From Azolla caroliniana (Eukaryota > Plantae > Polypodiophyta), in contig JBHGNT010000016.1 in NCBI GenBank assembly GCA_043228905.1, positions 16,740,001-16,804,000 on the forward strand: a stretch of DNA of 64,000 bases. The letters run 5' to 3'. The notes below the pieces were generated by a model. It was not told where the DNA came from, did not search any database, and saw only the letters and a list, made by a program, of their open reading frames with translations. Both the position numbers and the translations under genes were made by a program. Shown piece by piece: positions 12,500 through 26,800 of this stretch; within the stretch, counting starts at the first letter, position 1; each line of letters begins with the position of its first letter.

Positions 12500-14944
12500 C
12501 TTGCCCACCGTAGCGTCCAGCATGACCTTCTCGTATCCCCGCTTCAATAGTGAAACCAACGCTGCAACCCACATTCACCTGTTCCTAAATGTCTGGAATG
12601 CAAATCACATGCCGCAGAGCCTTCCCGAAGAAGTTGTGCACCAATCCAAAATGACAAAGTTTGGATTAACTCTGGATGGGAGAGTGGTGTTTTGGCATTC
12701 GAAGATGGATCTGCTAGCAATCAAGACCTTCGACCAGCTGTAGTTAGCCTTTTTGCGTTTCTTTCACCGGAAGGTGCCGCAACACGAAATCCTCGGGCAG
12801 TTTTATACAATTAAACAGTTGTCGGCAGAGACTGTAGCGAATTTCAGTTTACGCTTCCAAAATCTCCAATGGAAATTAGAACGGGGCCTGACGGAGGACT
12901 AGACTCGGGAAACATTCCTGGCAGCTCTACGATGATCGATACGGACGACGCTCAACAACAGTAGTGTGAAAGGTGAAACGACCAACATGGTCATAGAATG
13001 AGCGCTCCAACTCGAGCTAGATGAAGAAGAAGACATGTTTTCCATGTCCTCATTACGGCAAGCGTTACCTTAGGACGAGGAACGACACTTCTGCCAAGCA
13101 ATCCAGTGCACGATTTGCTTGAATTCTGGGCATTCCGCAGTCGACTACAATATGTGAATCCACTGCCCAATCTGTCACTCGAAAGCACACACGGTCAAAC
13201 AGTGTGAGTACAATATGTTGAACAGAGCCATGCCCACAGTACGAAGCGTGGAAACACAGCGCCCCCCTCGCCGTAATGAGCAAAGGCGCCAAGAAGAACG
13301 ACCTCGGTATATGGATCGGAACCCACGCGATGACCGGCACTACCGGAATCGTTGGAATAACAACGATTCCGAGGAAGACAAGCCGGAGGATGAAGACTAC
13401 CGTGGCAACCATAGAAATAATAAAGGGGGCCGACGCTACGAGAATTACCGTCCGACGAACAAACGTGGCGGTTTCAATGGGCCTCGCGGAAAACATCGTC
13501 AGTATCGGGACCAACGGCGGTACGACGGAAGTTCGGATGAGGATCGGCACCAGGAACCGCGTCGGGACCAACAACAACCACTGCGTACGCTCCGAAGACC
13601 GAACCAAGACCGGGAGGACCAAGTCACACATGGGGATCGGCAGACACCACCAGTTGCCGAGAAAGGCAAATCCAGCATCCATTGTTTTGTTTGCCAATAG
13701 CCCGGACATTATGCCACGCAATGCCCATTACGCAAGGGCAAGGGGCCCACCGTCAATAAGATTACGGCGGAAGTGCAACAAGTCACGACATGACAGCAAA
13801 CAAAAAATGTTGATTGGGCCGCGCAAAATGAGATACGTCAGACGGCCCAAGCATGGGTTGAAAAAGCAAATGTGGCAAATACGGAACGCATGCGGAAGGA
13901 GTCCACAAACACGGTGGAGCCGTCCGAGGAAGATGTAATATCTCCGGATCCCATATGGCAAGCATTGGCAGACTGTGAGATAACGCTAACCATGGAGAAT
14001 CTACTTCAACTAGTTCCACGGTTCCGCCAAATCTTGGAGGATCGTATAACGGGCAGATCTGGGGTAAGCATCTCCGCAAATTTTACGGACATCAACGCCG
14101 GACCAACAGTGGTGGATCACCACAATCCGGCTATTAAGTTGATACTACACGGTCAGGAAATCACAGGATGCGTAATCGACGGCGGCTCTGTTGTCAATGT
14201 AATTAGCGCGAAGACATGCGAACAATTGGGAATTTCCGAATGGGAAGCTTGCCCATTTTGGCTTCGCATGGCGGATACCCACTCAGTACGGCCATTGGGT
14301 TTAATACACAAGTTAGGCATTATCGTGGGAAGGCATCACTTCGATGTCTCGGCGATAGTCCTTGCCCTCGATGCCCTAGGAGTGTATCCTATGCTGCTGG
14401 GCAAACCGTGGCCTCGTTCAACAAATATCGAGCAGAGCTGGCAACATAAGTGCATCAGCTTTCGACGTGGACGCACCAAGGTTTGCGTACCAACAGAGGA
14501 AAGGGCGGCACAACCCAAGGGCATAACACCGTTATACGCGGAGGACATAAATATGTTGGCTGGGGTGGATGATACAAAATTAGAAGTATACCTAGACGAG
14601 CACCCCCGAATCATTCCGTTATTCGAAATCGACGTCATCAAAATCCGCGGCGGAGTATGCCACGCCCGCTACGCCCCACAACGAGACTTACAAACCAAAT
14701 CCGAAGTCAATATTAGAACTAAGCAGAGCAAAGACAGCGTTCGAGAGGGAAATGGAAATTTCACGACGAGTCACTGCCTCCGCCCTGGAAGAAGTAAACG
14801 TGGGTACGGCGTCAGAACCCCAATTCGTCTCCATCGCAAAAGAACTACTACCAGATTAGAGAGATGCGATGATAGCACTACTTAGGAAGTATAAGATGTG
14901 TTCGCCTGGTCCCACAAGGACATGAACAAGTTAGATCCGAAGTT
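12500..14944 (+). pseudogene. Gypsy gag-protease, disrupted
   Basis: ORFs 12501-12743, 13215-13700 (ends in CFVCQ*PGHY zinc knuckle) and 13872-14885 (CVIDGGSVVNVI protease motif); several stops and frameshifts. Confidence 0.85.
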
Positions 14945-17900
14945 TATTAACTCTTCAGGCCGGACAATGGCCTAACACAGGGTGTCTACGGGAGACACTT
15001 CACCAAAGGGTGTTACGGCAACCGGATTAGACTTCAACGCTAAGTTACTTATTAGGATCATCTTTCATAACACGCGTAAGATATAACAATTAAGACAGAA
15101 TGGCAATTAACACAAAGAGATAACAACGCTTAAGCTTTCATTAATTAACCGCTAACTATTACATTGTATCCGGGCCTTTAAATAGGTTTCCGGTCTGTAT
15201 TACAAAACGGTGCCATCCGCACCTGTTCGGGATCGGTCCGGATCCTGAACGGCATACCGATTCTAGTCCGTTCGTCCACACTCATAGCTTAATTACAACC
15301 ACATTCCTACTACTTAATTAGCTCTCCGTTTCCCACTCTGGACTCCTTTGCCGACCGGTAACACATGGCACGCCCGTGGGACAGTACCTTGTACGTCAAA
15401 TCCACAACCGACCCTTGCTATTCTTCGTCCAAAATGTCCAAAATGCTTTGTTCGAGAGGCTCCAATGGTTCATCTGGAAGTGGTTATTGTTGTTGTTGTT
15501 GTTCTGTTGCAGTCTGCTGCGGCGGGTCCGTTGGTGGTTGTTGCGGCTGCTCCTCCGATTGTGGCTCTGACACCAGCGTCTCCGTCGTTGCTCCCTGCAT
15601 CGTAGTGGTCTCCGGTTGATTGGTTCCCGGCTGGCCCTCAGCCGGCGACGGTTCCTCATCACTAAGGTTAACCGTTGCCGCTTCCCGTGCTTTTTCTTCC
15701 CGCACCCGGGACCGCTCGTAGCTTTCAAACTGGATTTGAGCGTCCAGCCTATCATCGTCTAGCTGAGCTATGAGCTGCCTGACCTGCGCCAGCTGTTCAT
15801 CTGCCAGGACTTGGAAGTCATCGGCCAGCTCGTCCCGTATGGCGGTGAAGTCCTCGGAAGTCAACGTATAATAGTCATCTCCTTCCTTCCGCCGGTTTGC
15901 CACATCCGCCCGTAGCAACTGGAGTTCCGCCGCGTTTTGTGCCCACTTTGTCCACCATTTTACGGAGCTTTCATCAATCAAGTGTTTTGTCTGATTCAGC
16001 CATGCCCGGAGGATGGATTGAATCCGGCTCGTTCCCAATTGCGATTTGGTTTCCGCCGCTTGCCGTTCCTCCTTCAGTTGTTTGATGATTTTGACGTTGT
16101 CCTCCGCCTGCGCCTTGTAATGCGTCAATTGCCTTTGATATGTGCTTTGTAATTTCTGCAATACTGTTGACGCTCTCTTTGTCTTCCTGCTGCTGCCTCT
16201 GGAGTTCCATCCGGACCTTCTCCGCCTCGTCCAAGCGTCTTGTATTTTCCGCCCGGACGTCGGCGATCGTCATCGCGGCCCGATCAACTACCTGCTGGAG
16301 CTCGGCCATCCGTTCTTTATGCTCCGTTTCCAGCCGTTTGTAGTCCCGGTGTAGGTGCTCAAAATCATCCGTCTTTTGCTTGAGCCGTGCGTTGATCTGA
16401 CGACGGGCCCGGTCCTCGCAGTCCTTCTGCTGGCGGAGCTCTACCTTTAGCCGTTACATCTCTGTTTCTGCCGTTTTCCGCAGCTTGTCCTTTTCCTGCA
16501 GCACTTTGTCTTTCTCCTCCTGAGCTTGTGCCGCATCTCTCGTCGGAACGGTTTCCGTTGCCGGGGTCTTATTGCTATGTACAGGTCGTTCCGTTTCTTT
16601 ATTCTGTACACTTACCGGAGTCACCGGTGATTGGATCCGTATTTTGGCCATCTCTGTCGTGACCTGATCCAAGTCTTTTTCAAGGCACTGGATTCTGGAC
16701 CGGGCCGTCTCTAGTTGTTCGGTTGTGACGAGCAACCGTTCGTTGTGCGCTTTTTCTTCCGCCTCAATATACCCCACTGCTCCGGCTATCTGTTCGCCTA
16801 TCCACCGGAGCCACAGGCTACCGGTGCCTTGTTGTGATTGCATGGAGGTTTGACAGATGGGCTCACGTGTAGAGGGGTAGTCCCGCCTGGTTGCGCCGAG
16901 TTGCAGTTCCGTTTCTACCCGTGGACCATCCTGCTGTCCTGGTTCCCCTTGCGCTTCTTCTTGGCTGACCGAGGGAGGCTGCAGTGACCTTTCCGGCTCC
17001 GGCGGGATGGGACTTGCCGGTGTTGCCGGTGGTGCCGGGGCTTCTGTTTCCGGTGCCATCTGCACCGGTTCCGGTTCCTTCCTTGGCGTGGGAGTCTCAG
17101 TATGGGGAGCCGGTGTTCCCTCCGTCTGAGGGTCCGAACGTTTCCCGGCTGTCTCAACTGTCCTTGCCGACGACCGTCGCTGGAGGTGCTCCGTAGGCTC
17201 CTCCTCTATTTCCTCCTCCTGAGCTCCGGCATTGAGTTTTGCCGCCAAGGGGTCCACTTCTCGATTCACCGGTCGGCGGAATGTGACCTTTACGGGCCGT
17301 GCCGGTGGTTCCTCATGCGCCTCCGTTGGGCGCTTCCGGCTGCCGCTTCCTGTTGCCGCCTGTTCTGCGTCCACTGCCTTTCCCTTACTAGCCTTAGAGG
17401 CCAACAGTTGTTGCCGTTTGGAAGCCGTCCTTGGGGTGCCGTCCGCCACTCTTCCTCGCTTCTTGGGCTGGACGGTCTGAACGGGTGGCACCAGCAAGGT
17501 GAGCCACTACGTTACGGCGTGCCATATCCTTCGTCCGTCTCGGCCTTCTTTGCCGTCTTTGCCTCTGACGATCTCGATCGCCGCACACAACCCGTCTGCG
17601 ATCAATACCGGCCAATCCACCTTGATCCCTTCATAGGTGGCGATGATCATCCCTGCCCGGTTTTGCGGCATGACAGGGGGTCTAGGGTACACGTGGCCGT
17701 ATTCACGGAGCACACGAGCAATTTCGCGGAACAACATATCTCCGCCGCCCTGTGTCCGGTAGCCTTTGCTAAGGAAACCCCCCTTTGGAGACGGAGTCGA
17801 AGAATGATACGCGGATGTGCAAGCCATAACGACTAAGTGCAAGAAATGGCGAAACGCAAAAATGACGATGAAGATGTTGGAGGAAGTCTATGGAGGAATG

Positions 17901-20154
17901 CATGAATGGCAACAATGTTTGTGCGAGGTTGCGATTAGTGTCCATTTGCGTGTTTCCGAAAGTGGTAGCGACAATGTGTGTGTTCTCAAAAGCGTGGTGC
18001 AAGATGCACGGCTGGATAAACAGCAACGCAGAGGGAACCAGTGCCAACACAACCGAAAAGAAAAGCCCACCAGGAGACTACGGAGAAAGTCGTAGTGTGT
18101 GGAGCGGAGACCGGCACGATGTGCTGAGAATGCACGGGCAATGGTTCCAAAAGAAGAAACGCGCAGAGAGTTGGAACCAAAATCAGAACCAGAACCCGAG
18201 TCGGTTAACACCGAAGGGTCAAAGAAGACGGAGATGGAGATGCAGACGCAAACCAGACATCAACCAACAACGCCGGAAAGATACGGACGGATGGACTAGA
18301 CAAAGGCGACCAAAAAGACACAATACACAGTAGGATGGGACAAATGGGCCGAACAGGCGACCACACAGACAGACGGACCGGACATGTGACCAAAAGACAG
18401 CAGGGCCGACAAGGCCGGCGAGCTAGACATCTGGAGATGGACCGGACAGACATGGCCAGCCAAGCCAGACAATGGAAAGAGCAGAATGTTCATTGAGAAT
18501 GACGACGAAAAAAGAAGAAGCTACGGACAGCGGTGAAAGAGAAGTCGGTGGGGCCGGATAGGAGCGGAAGAGTGGTCGATAGCACCCAGAAGGGCGACAC
18601 CGATACCAGAAAAAGCCGGCCGAAGTGCGATCGAAGAGCAGTCAAAGTGACCGAATTGCACCGAAATGAAGGCGGGAGGACATGACGACACCGGACAATG
18701 ACAAACATGGAGACGACCGGAACGGGCCGGATCGATGCCCAGAACAGCGACAACGATAGAGACTGACGAGAGGCCAGAAAAGTGTCGGCCGGAGAGCGGT
18801 CATAGTGGCTGAACAACGCCAGAACGGAGACCACGACGGCAATGGTGCCGGAGACAGAGATGGAGTGGCAGGAGGAACTGAAATGGTCGGAGTGGCCAAA
18901 CAACCAGTGGTTGAGCAGAGAGACAGAGACCATGGACAAAGCCGACAACCACCGAAGGCGGAATTAGAAAAGAAAGAAGAAGAAAATAAGAAAATAAGAG
19001 GAGAAATAGACCAGAAGGAAGAAAAAAAGAATGAAGGAGAAGAAAGGACAGGGTAGCACAAACAGAGAAGAAGGAAAAGAAAGACAGGAATAGGAGAAGA
19101 AGCAACGGTTAACACCAAGAAGGAGGAAGAAGATGCAGACAACACGCGGGAGAAAACGTAAGAAGCAAACAGAAAAAATAAATGAGAGGGAAAAAGAGAA
19201 GAACGGGGCATGCGAAGAAATTTTAAAGTGTTGAGGGTAGCAGCCTAAAACTTCAGAAACTTGGGGGTACTGAATGAAATTTTCAAAGTTTGAGGGTACA
19301 TATCAAAATTTTAAAAAAAACAAGAGGGCACCACCAAAATTTTGAAAATCCCCAAGAATACTCACACACACTCAAAACAAAGGAATAACATACATATACA
19401 CGACATGATTTTAGACCCATGAAAAAGTTCGTAAGCCGACAGAATGAGACTGTTTGTGTCGCGGAAAGATTTGCTGACCGACAAAGATGTTCGAGTCAAG
19501 CACTCCGATCGAGGGAGTCGATCGTTGAAAGGACCGATGGAAGTTTCGGTCGAAGAGATATCATCATCAAGGCATGTGGGATCAACGTGCAAGGCACTTT
19601 CCCACGGGCGTGCCATATTGTGTTACCCCGTACGAGCTGTACGGAGAGTCAAGTGTGATGAGCGAGGGTCGAATAGTATCATGATGATGTTGTATATGTG
19701 TAGGGAACATAAATGTAATTGTGAGTCGATATGTATGTGAACACATGCACACATGTGTGCATGTGGAGGGATACGATGAGGTGTGAGTGAGTGTCCAATA
19801 TGAATGCTCTAGGGGGCTTTCACCCCTTTGAATCTACCCCCTCTTGTACTATTTAACCCCCTTATGGGGAATGAATGAAACATGAAGGAACATTTCTCTC
19901 TATCTCTCTTTTCATCTCTCTCTCTCTCTCTTTCTCTCTCTCTCCCCCTCAACGTTGAACCCCCTTGGGAGGGGGGTGGAGCCATTCTAGGCACCACCCC
20001 CCACCCCGCAATGCTTCTCAATACACATCATGCTATCACCCACAATGATTCTTATCGCCATCACCATTTCCATCTTCATCACTATCAATGTCATCATCAA
20101 TCTCTGAATGCTTATCACCAATCATCATAAATGTTAACCCTAAAACCGACAACA
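14945..20154. mobile_element. Nested Gypsy-family insertion with two non-homologous LTR-like ends and no gag/pol
   Basis: TSD AAGTT (14940-14944 and 20155-20159); host pol rejoins as DPKF/YQHKINL. Ends are TATTAAC (probably TG>TA) and GACAACA. LTR-like arms are 14945-15363 and 19621-20154. Confidence 0.8.
15484..17842 (-). pseudogene. Gypsy accessory (extra) ORF protein, coiled-coil-rich, disrupted
   Basis: ORFs 17507-17842, 16454-17497, 15974-16309 and 15484-16161. Shares YRT...F.EIA..L...MP...A..II.T.EG..VDW and W..WA..AAEL motifs with the ORF at 22697-30890. Confidence 0.7.
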
Positions 20155-22362
20155 AAGTTCTATCAACATAAGATCAATTTAGCGACCGATGTGAAACCGA
20201 TCCAACAGCGTAGATACCGCATGAACCCAAACTACGCGGCTCGCATAAAAGAAGAAATTGACAAACACCTCAAGGCCGGATTCATTCGACTAGTCAAACA
20301 AGCTACACGGTTAAACCCGATAGTATTCGTACCAAAGAAAAATGGCAAAATACATGTATGCGTGGACTACCGGAAATTGAACGTCGTAACCATTACCGAC
20401 GCATTCCCTTTACCGTTCATCGACAGTGTACTGGACGTCGTCGCCAGGCATGACATGTACACCTTTTTAGATGGCTTCAGTGGGTACAATCAAGTACGCA
20501 TGCACCCTGACGACCAAGAGAAGACGGCGTTTGTCATGGACTAGGGAGTCTATGTCGTTGTCGTCATGATGTCCGGGCTAACGATGGCGCCGGCTACATT
20601 TCAACGGACAATCATGGAGATTTTTGGGGCATATGTTCCGGCCTTCATGCAAGTTTTTTTAGACGATTTTGCTGTATATGGGAGAACAACCGACCATTTT
20701 ACGCATATACAGTTTTGCCTGGAGCATTGCCAAACCGCGCGCTTAAGCCTAAATCCCACCAAATGCGCCTTCGGCGTTACTAGCGAGGCTCTCCTCGGCC
20801 ACATAGTCAGTAAGGAAGGGATAACGGTCAATCCGAACAAAATCTCCACGATTACTCACACAAAAACACCGACAAATGCGAAAGCACTCAGCCGGTTTCT
20901 GGGACAAATACGATGGCACAATCGGATGATACACTATTTGGCGGACTTCGCCACGCCATGTCGTTGTTCATCAGACTCCTTTCAAATGGAAAGCAACGGA
21001 AGAGAAGGCGTATGATGTGCTAAAGATAATGCTAACGCAGGCACCTGTTGTATAGCCACCAATTTGGGCGAAGCCTTTCCATGTGTTCATAGATGCCTCG
21101 GACATAGCAATAGGTAGTGTGCTAATGCAGCTTACGGAGCCGAATTGGTACCGACCAATGTACTACGCTAGTCGGAAATTATAAACGGTTGAGCGTAACT
21201 ATTCCACAACGGAACGTGAGGTGTTGGGTATGATCTACAACATCAATAAGTTCCGGCATTATCTGTTAGGACGGAAATTCACGTTTCACGTGGATCATTC
21301 GGCATTGCTATATTTGGTAGGAAAACAGGCGTTGATAGGGAAATTGGCTAGATGGATGTTGTTGCTTCAAGAATTCGACTTTGTAATTCAGCATCGACCG
21401 GGTACGCAACATGTGGTGGCAGATTTCTTGAGCAGACTTGATAATGGAGAAACGGCGCAAAAGGATGACGACGACTTTCCGGATGCGGACATTCTACGTG
21501 TTGCCACTATAGCAGAACAAACGGAAAAGACTTTTCCGGATCAGTGGCTGATGGAAATTACCTACTTCCTAACCACGGGGTTACTGCCACCCCAATTACG
21601 GACGGACGAAAAATAACAGTTGGCCGTACGGAGTCAAAATTCATGTTTATTCGAGGACATCCTATACCACAAAGGCAGTGACGGCATCTGGAGGTGCGGA
21701 ATATGGCAGGATGAGAAGGCCGCATCGCGGTTCTACGCGAAGCCCACTATGGTACGGCGGGAGGACATTACACGGGCGATGTTACGGCCCGGAAAATCTG
21801 GCAAGCAGAACTTTGGTGGCCAACTACGCAAAAGGATGTGTACGAATATTGCAAACAGTGCGATTTATGTCAACGACTGGGCCAACCCATGGAAGTCGTG
21901 ATGCCAGAGGCCGTGATGCCAGTCGAATTCCAGGTACCCAGTCTGTAGATTCAAGTACGAGCCCGGCTACCAGAGGGCAAATCTAAGCAAATACAGCTAC
22001 AACAACTGTTGGAGCTAGGCGAAACACAGTTAGACAGTATGGCCATATTGGAGCAGGAACGACGGTGGCGCAAAGCATTCATGGACCGACACCGGCATGC
22101 ACGGGAAAAAGATTTTACGGTTGGGAAAGCGGTATTAGTTTTCCAAACATGCATGGGGCATATGCCAGGAAAATTAAGATTCCGCCGGACAGGCCCGTAC
22201 TGGATTGTGGGAGTGGAACAAGGTACATTTCAACTTGGCATGTTGGCCGGGGAAGTGTTGCAACAAAAAGTGAATGGGTTTCGCCTTAAACCTTATCTGG
22301 GACCTACGCCACCTAACCCGTTCCCCGCCGGACAGGACAAAGCCGGGAAATCCATGGAGTAA
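20155..22362 (+). pseudogene. Gypsy pol (RT, RNase H, integrase with core deleted)
   Basis: CVDYRKLN, FLDGFSGYNQ, FLDDF, DASD, ERNYSTTERE, KFRHYLLG. The integrase zinc finger (GGHY..CKQCDLCQR) jumps near 21890 directly to the C-terminal GPY region. Confidence 0.9.
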
Positions 22363-23135
22363 GTATGGGGCTCCATTTGTACTATAGTGTAAAAAGAATA
22401 TTGTATGTAACCGTTACGAAGAAAAAGAAAAAAGAAGAAGATAGTGACGTTATTAAAAGGACTTAAGGCATGCACAGACTTCTAGGCCAAGAACATGCGG
22501 CACCACGATGGCTCACCGACCAATGAACCCTAGGCCACAAAAAGAAGGAAATAGAAGGTTTTTTGCACAGTACAGAAACCAACCTTCTAAATCTCATCAC
22601 TCACCTCCCTCACCCTCTTCTACATCCTATCACAGAGCTCAAGTTCGCCATAACCAACAGTCCTCACCCATTAACCATGAGCCGAACCATCCGACTATGC
22701 CGATATCTATTTCTGCCGCCCTCCATCGATGGCTTGTGGAGAAACGCTTGGATGGATACATCAGAGTCACCGAGGCACCTCCCCACCCTGACGCATAGGA
22801 CATCGCTAGGAAGCTCAATATCGAGACGGTCACCAACACGTCCATCCGGAAAAAGCTGGAAAGGCATTTCGAAATTCCTCCTACGGAAACTTTGCAGAGA
22901 TATTTCGGGCCATATTCGGCGTCTGCTAAGGCATATAGAACTAAAGAAATTACCGACCCCTTTTTCTGCGAAATAGCCAAGTTTCTGTTAGAGGTTGGAT
23001 GCGTACATTTAAATGTATATGGGATGCCCAAGCAAAAGGCAAGTATCATCATTGATACCTTTGAAGGGCGCACGGTGTTGGGAGACAGGTCCCTCCGGAT
23101 GGGAAGGGAGAAGATCACTGCCGATACGGTATGAA

Positions 23136-23330
23136 CCGGATGGTGCAGGCCCAGTATGAACCGGATGAGGAGTACTCGGCTACGGAGAGCCGGATGGTAC
23201 AGGCCTGGTATGAACCGGATGAGGAGTACTCGGCTATGGAGAACCGGATGGTGCAGGCCCGGTATGAACCGGATGAGGAGTACTCGGCTACGGAGAGCCG
23301 GATGGTAAAGGCCCGGTATGAACCGGATGA
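23136..23330 (+). repeat. 54-bp tandem repeat in 5' LTR (3 full units plus partial)
   Basis: Unit CCGGATGGTGCAGGCCCGGTATGAACCGGATGAGGAGTACTCGGCTACGGAGAG. Confidence 0.95.
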
Positions 23331-23823
23331 AGAGACATATTCGTAAATATGTTTCTGAGAGCCCATCGAGGCTACGTTTTTGTAAATAGCCGAAAAGTCA
23401 TATTAGTATAAATGTGACTTAGGGCAAACTTTTAGAAATAGTTGTTGTTGTTGTCATTCTTCCTTGTTGGTGCAAGAAGAAGAGAGAGTGCGTAACTGTA
23501 CAGAGAGAGAGAGACGAGGTCGTTGCCTCTGTTGTAACCGCCGCCTGTGGCGAAGAGCGTGAGTCCGAGGTCGTTGCCTCCGTGAACTCACTGTCTTGTA
23601 CATTCATACATAGTGACAGTTTGCAGCCTGTGGGCTGTCGTGGTTTTTCCCTTAGTTTGGGGGTTTTTCCACGTAAACCTCCTGTGTACCATTTCTCTTC
23701 TCTGTGTCGTGTTTTATTTCCCGTTTTTCTGTGTATGAAAAGAAACTTGGTTGTGGCCGAGCGTTGCGCATAAGGAGCTAGGAGTTCCCGTCAAGTGGTA
23801 TCAGAGCGAAATCGACACAGAAA

Positions 23824-26800
23824 ATGGACGAATCGTTTGGCGGCATGTTCAAGCTCACCGGCTCCAACTATTCAGTGTGGAAGTCGAAGATGAGGGACAT
23901 GCTCGTGGTTAAAGACCTCTGGCTGCCGGTTCAGTTCGGGGACAAGAGACCGGACAAAATCAACGCCGCGATATGGGAGGTGATGCACATGAAGACAACG
24001 GCATACATACGGTGCTTCATCGACATGAGCCTGTACAACAACTTCAATGAAGAGAGCAAGGCTCATGAGCTCTGGAAGAAGATCGGCATAATGTTCCAGA
24101 ACAAAAATGTTGTCAATCAGGTGTCGGTATTCCAGAAGCTAGTAAGACTCTGGTACCAAGATGGCTCCAGCATGGCGGAGCACATGAATGCCTTCCAAGG
24201 GCTGATACACCAGGCAACGTCATTGGAAGTACCTCTTGCCGACGAGGTACTAGCGCTACTCCTGCTCGGTTCCCTCCCGGATAGCTGGGAGACGTTGGTT
24301 GTCACTTTGGGCAACGCTGGGCCGGAAGGAAAACAGTTATCCCTAGCAAGAGTAAAGTCGAGCTTGCTAGATGAGGAGGCGCGTCGGAAAGACAAAGACA
24401 CGAGCTCCGACTCCAAAGCGCTCCTTACCAAATCGGAACGCGGAAGACATAGAAACCGTAGTCCCCAGAACCGGGAGAAGTCGGGGACACGGTCAAAGTC
24501 AAGGGGGAGGCCTACTTGCTTCTATTGCGGCAAGCCATGACACTTCCAAAAGAACTGTCGGCATTTCCGTAAAGACAAGGAAACCGACGGTACCGATTCG
24601 AAGCAAACCCCGGACCGGAAAACGGAAAAGACCGGAGGGGGCCGGACCGGAAGGGAACAACAGCTATCGCGGCAAGTGAAGAAGAGTTGATGCTCATCAC
24701 CGAGGAGAGTGAAATAAACCTTGCCGGCGACGAGATGACCTGGGTGGTAGACTCCGGAGCATCGTTCCACCTTACCACGGACCGGAAATGCTTCGCATCC
24801 TACTCAGCCGGTGACCACGGCTGTGTCCGGATGGGGAATGAAGGTACATGTCGAATTGTCGGCATAGGAGACGTGTGGCTAACAACACCAACCAGATGCA
24901 AGTTGCTGCTAAAGGATGTCCGACACGTTCCGGAAGTTCGTCTTAACCTGATATCAGCCGGTCGGCTAGATGATGAAGGCTACACGGGTAGCATCCGGAA
25001 CGGTGTCATGAAGTTCAACAAAGGGAGCCTGATTGTGGCTCGGGCCCGAAAGGTAAACACGTTGTACCTGATGAATGCCCGGTTATGTCCGGAAGAAGTG
25101 AACGTGGCATCCGACACTGCCGGTGAGCTGTGGCACAAGAGGCTGTGTCATATGAGCGAGAAGGGGATGAAGAGGCTTGCAGACGACAACCTCATTCCAG
25201 TGAAGAACGTGCACTTAGAGAAGTGCACTGATTGTCTGGCCGGTAAGCAGAACCGGACCTCCTTCCGACCAAGGCCACCGATGAGACGTAATGCACCACT
25301 GGAGTTGGTGCATACGGATGTGTGTCAAGTAGACAAGAAGTCACATGCCGGAGCGCAGTACTTCGTGACGTTCATAGATGACCACAGCCGGAAGCTGTGG
25401 GCCACACCGCTGAAGACGAAGGATCAGGCGTTATCCGTCTTCAAAGAGCTCCACGCGAGAGTGGAAAGAGAAACCGGCCGGAAGCTGAAGGCGGTTCGAG
25501 CAGACAACGGAGGAGAATACCGGGGGCAGTTTGAGGAGTACTGCCGCCCGAAGGGAATCCGGCTCGAATTTACCGTGCCGAAGACGCCGGAACTAAACGG
25601 ACTAGCCGAGAAGATGAACCGGACCATAATGGAGAGGGTCCAGAGTATGCTAGCGCATGCTAAACTACCCAAGAAGTTTTGGGCTGAGGCACTATCGACG
25701 GCGACATACGTGATAAATAGATCACCCTTAGTACCCTTGGACGAAGACACGCCACAGAGAGTGTGGACCGGTAAGGAAGTATCCTACCGGCATCTGAAGG
25801 TGTTCGGGTGTCTCGCTTACGTGCATGTAGCTAAGGACCGGAGAGGTAAGTTAGATCCAAAGACCCGTCCATGCAAATTCCTCGGTTACGGTGACGATGA
25901 GTTCGGCTACCGAGTGTGGGACCCGGTCGACAAGAAGGTATTCTGGAGTCGAGATATTATCTTCATGGAGGACAAGACGCTCGCCGACTGGGAGTCGGAG
26001 AAGAAGATGATGAACTCCGAGTCGACCGGTAAGGATAGACTCTACGATGAGCAGACCCAACCGGCAAGAGACCGGTTAGCACTCGAGGAACCAGCCGGTT
26101 ACGGTGAGGATACCAAACCGGCAGAAGAAGAAGTAGAAGAAGCTGAGACCGAAACCGGTCAAGACCCCGAATCGAATTCGGATGAAGAGCAAATGGAGGA
26201 GCCGGTTACCGAAGCCCGAAGACATAGATATCCTCTCAGAGAGAGAAGGGCCTCCCGGAGATTTCCGGATGCAGAGCATGTTCTGCTGACCGATGAGGGA
26301 GAGCCGGAAAGCTTCGAAGAAGCGAAGGAAGACACCCACAGTCAAAAATGGTTAAGTGCCATGCAGGATGAGATGGATTCCCTGCATGAGAACCATACGT
26401 ACGAATTGGTGGAGCTGCCGAAAGGAAAGCGGGCACTCCGAAACAAGTGGGTGTACAAGTTGAAACCGGGAGATGCCGGCAACCCCCCGAGATACAAAGC
26501 CAGGATCGTGGTGAAAGGGTTCCAGCAGAAGAAGGGTGTGGACTTCGACGAGATATTTGCCCCGGTAGTAAAGATGACCTCCATCCGGACGGTGCTGAGT
26601 ATAGCAGCAAGCATGGACCTCGAGGTAGAGCAGCTGGACGTGAAGACGGCATTCCTCCACGGCGACCTCGAAGAGGAGATCTACATGAAGCAACCGGAAG
26701 GATTTGTGGAGAAAGGGAAGGAGCACCTGGTATGCCGGTTGAAGAAGAGCCTGTACGGACTAAAGCAGGCTCCCCGGCAATGGTACCGGAAGTTCGACTC

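Noticed and set aside
17860-19220. Many overlapping ORFs, some hydrophobic (e.g. 18642-19211)
   Set aside because: Strong purine/pyrimidine strand bias explains the open frames; no motif or second copy supports coding.
24540-24690. Programmed readthrough or frameshift between gag and pol
   Set aside because: The sister element has a single frame, and the stop falls within the CCHC knuckle, so these are disabling mutations.
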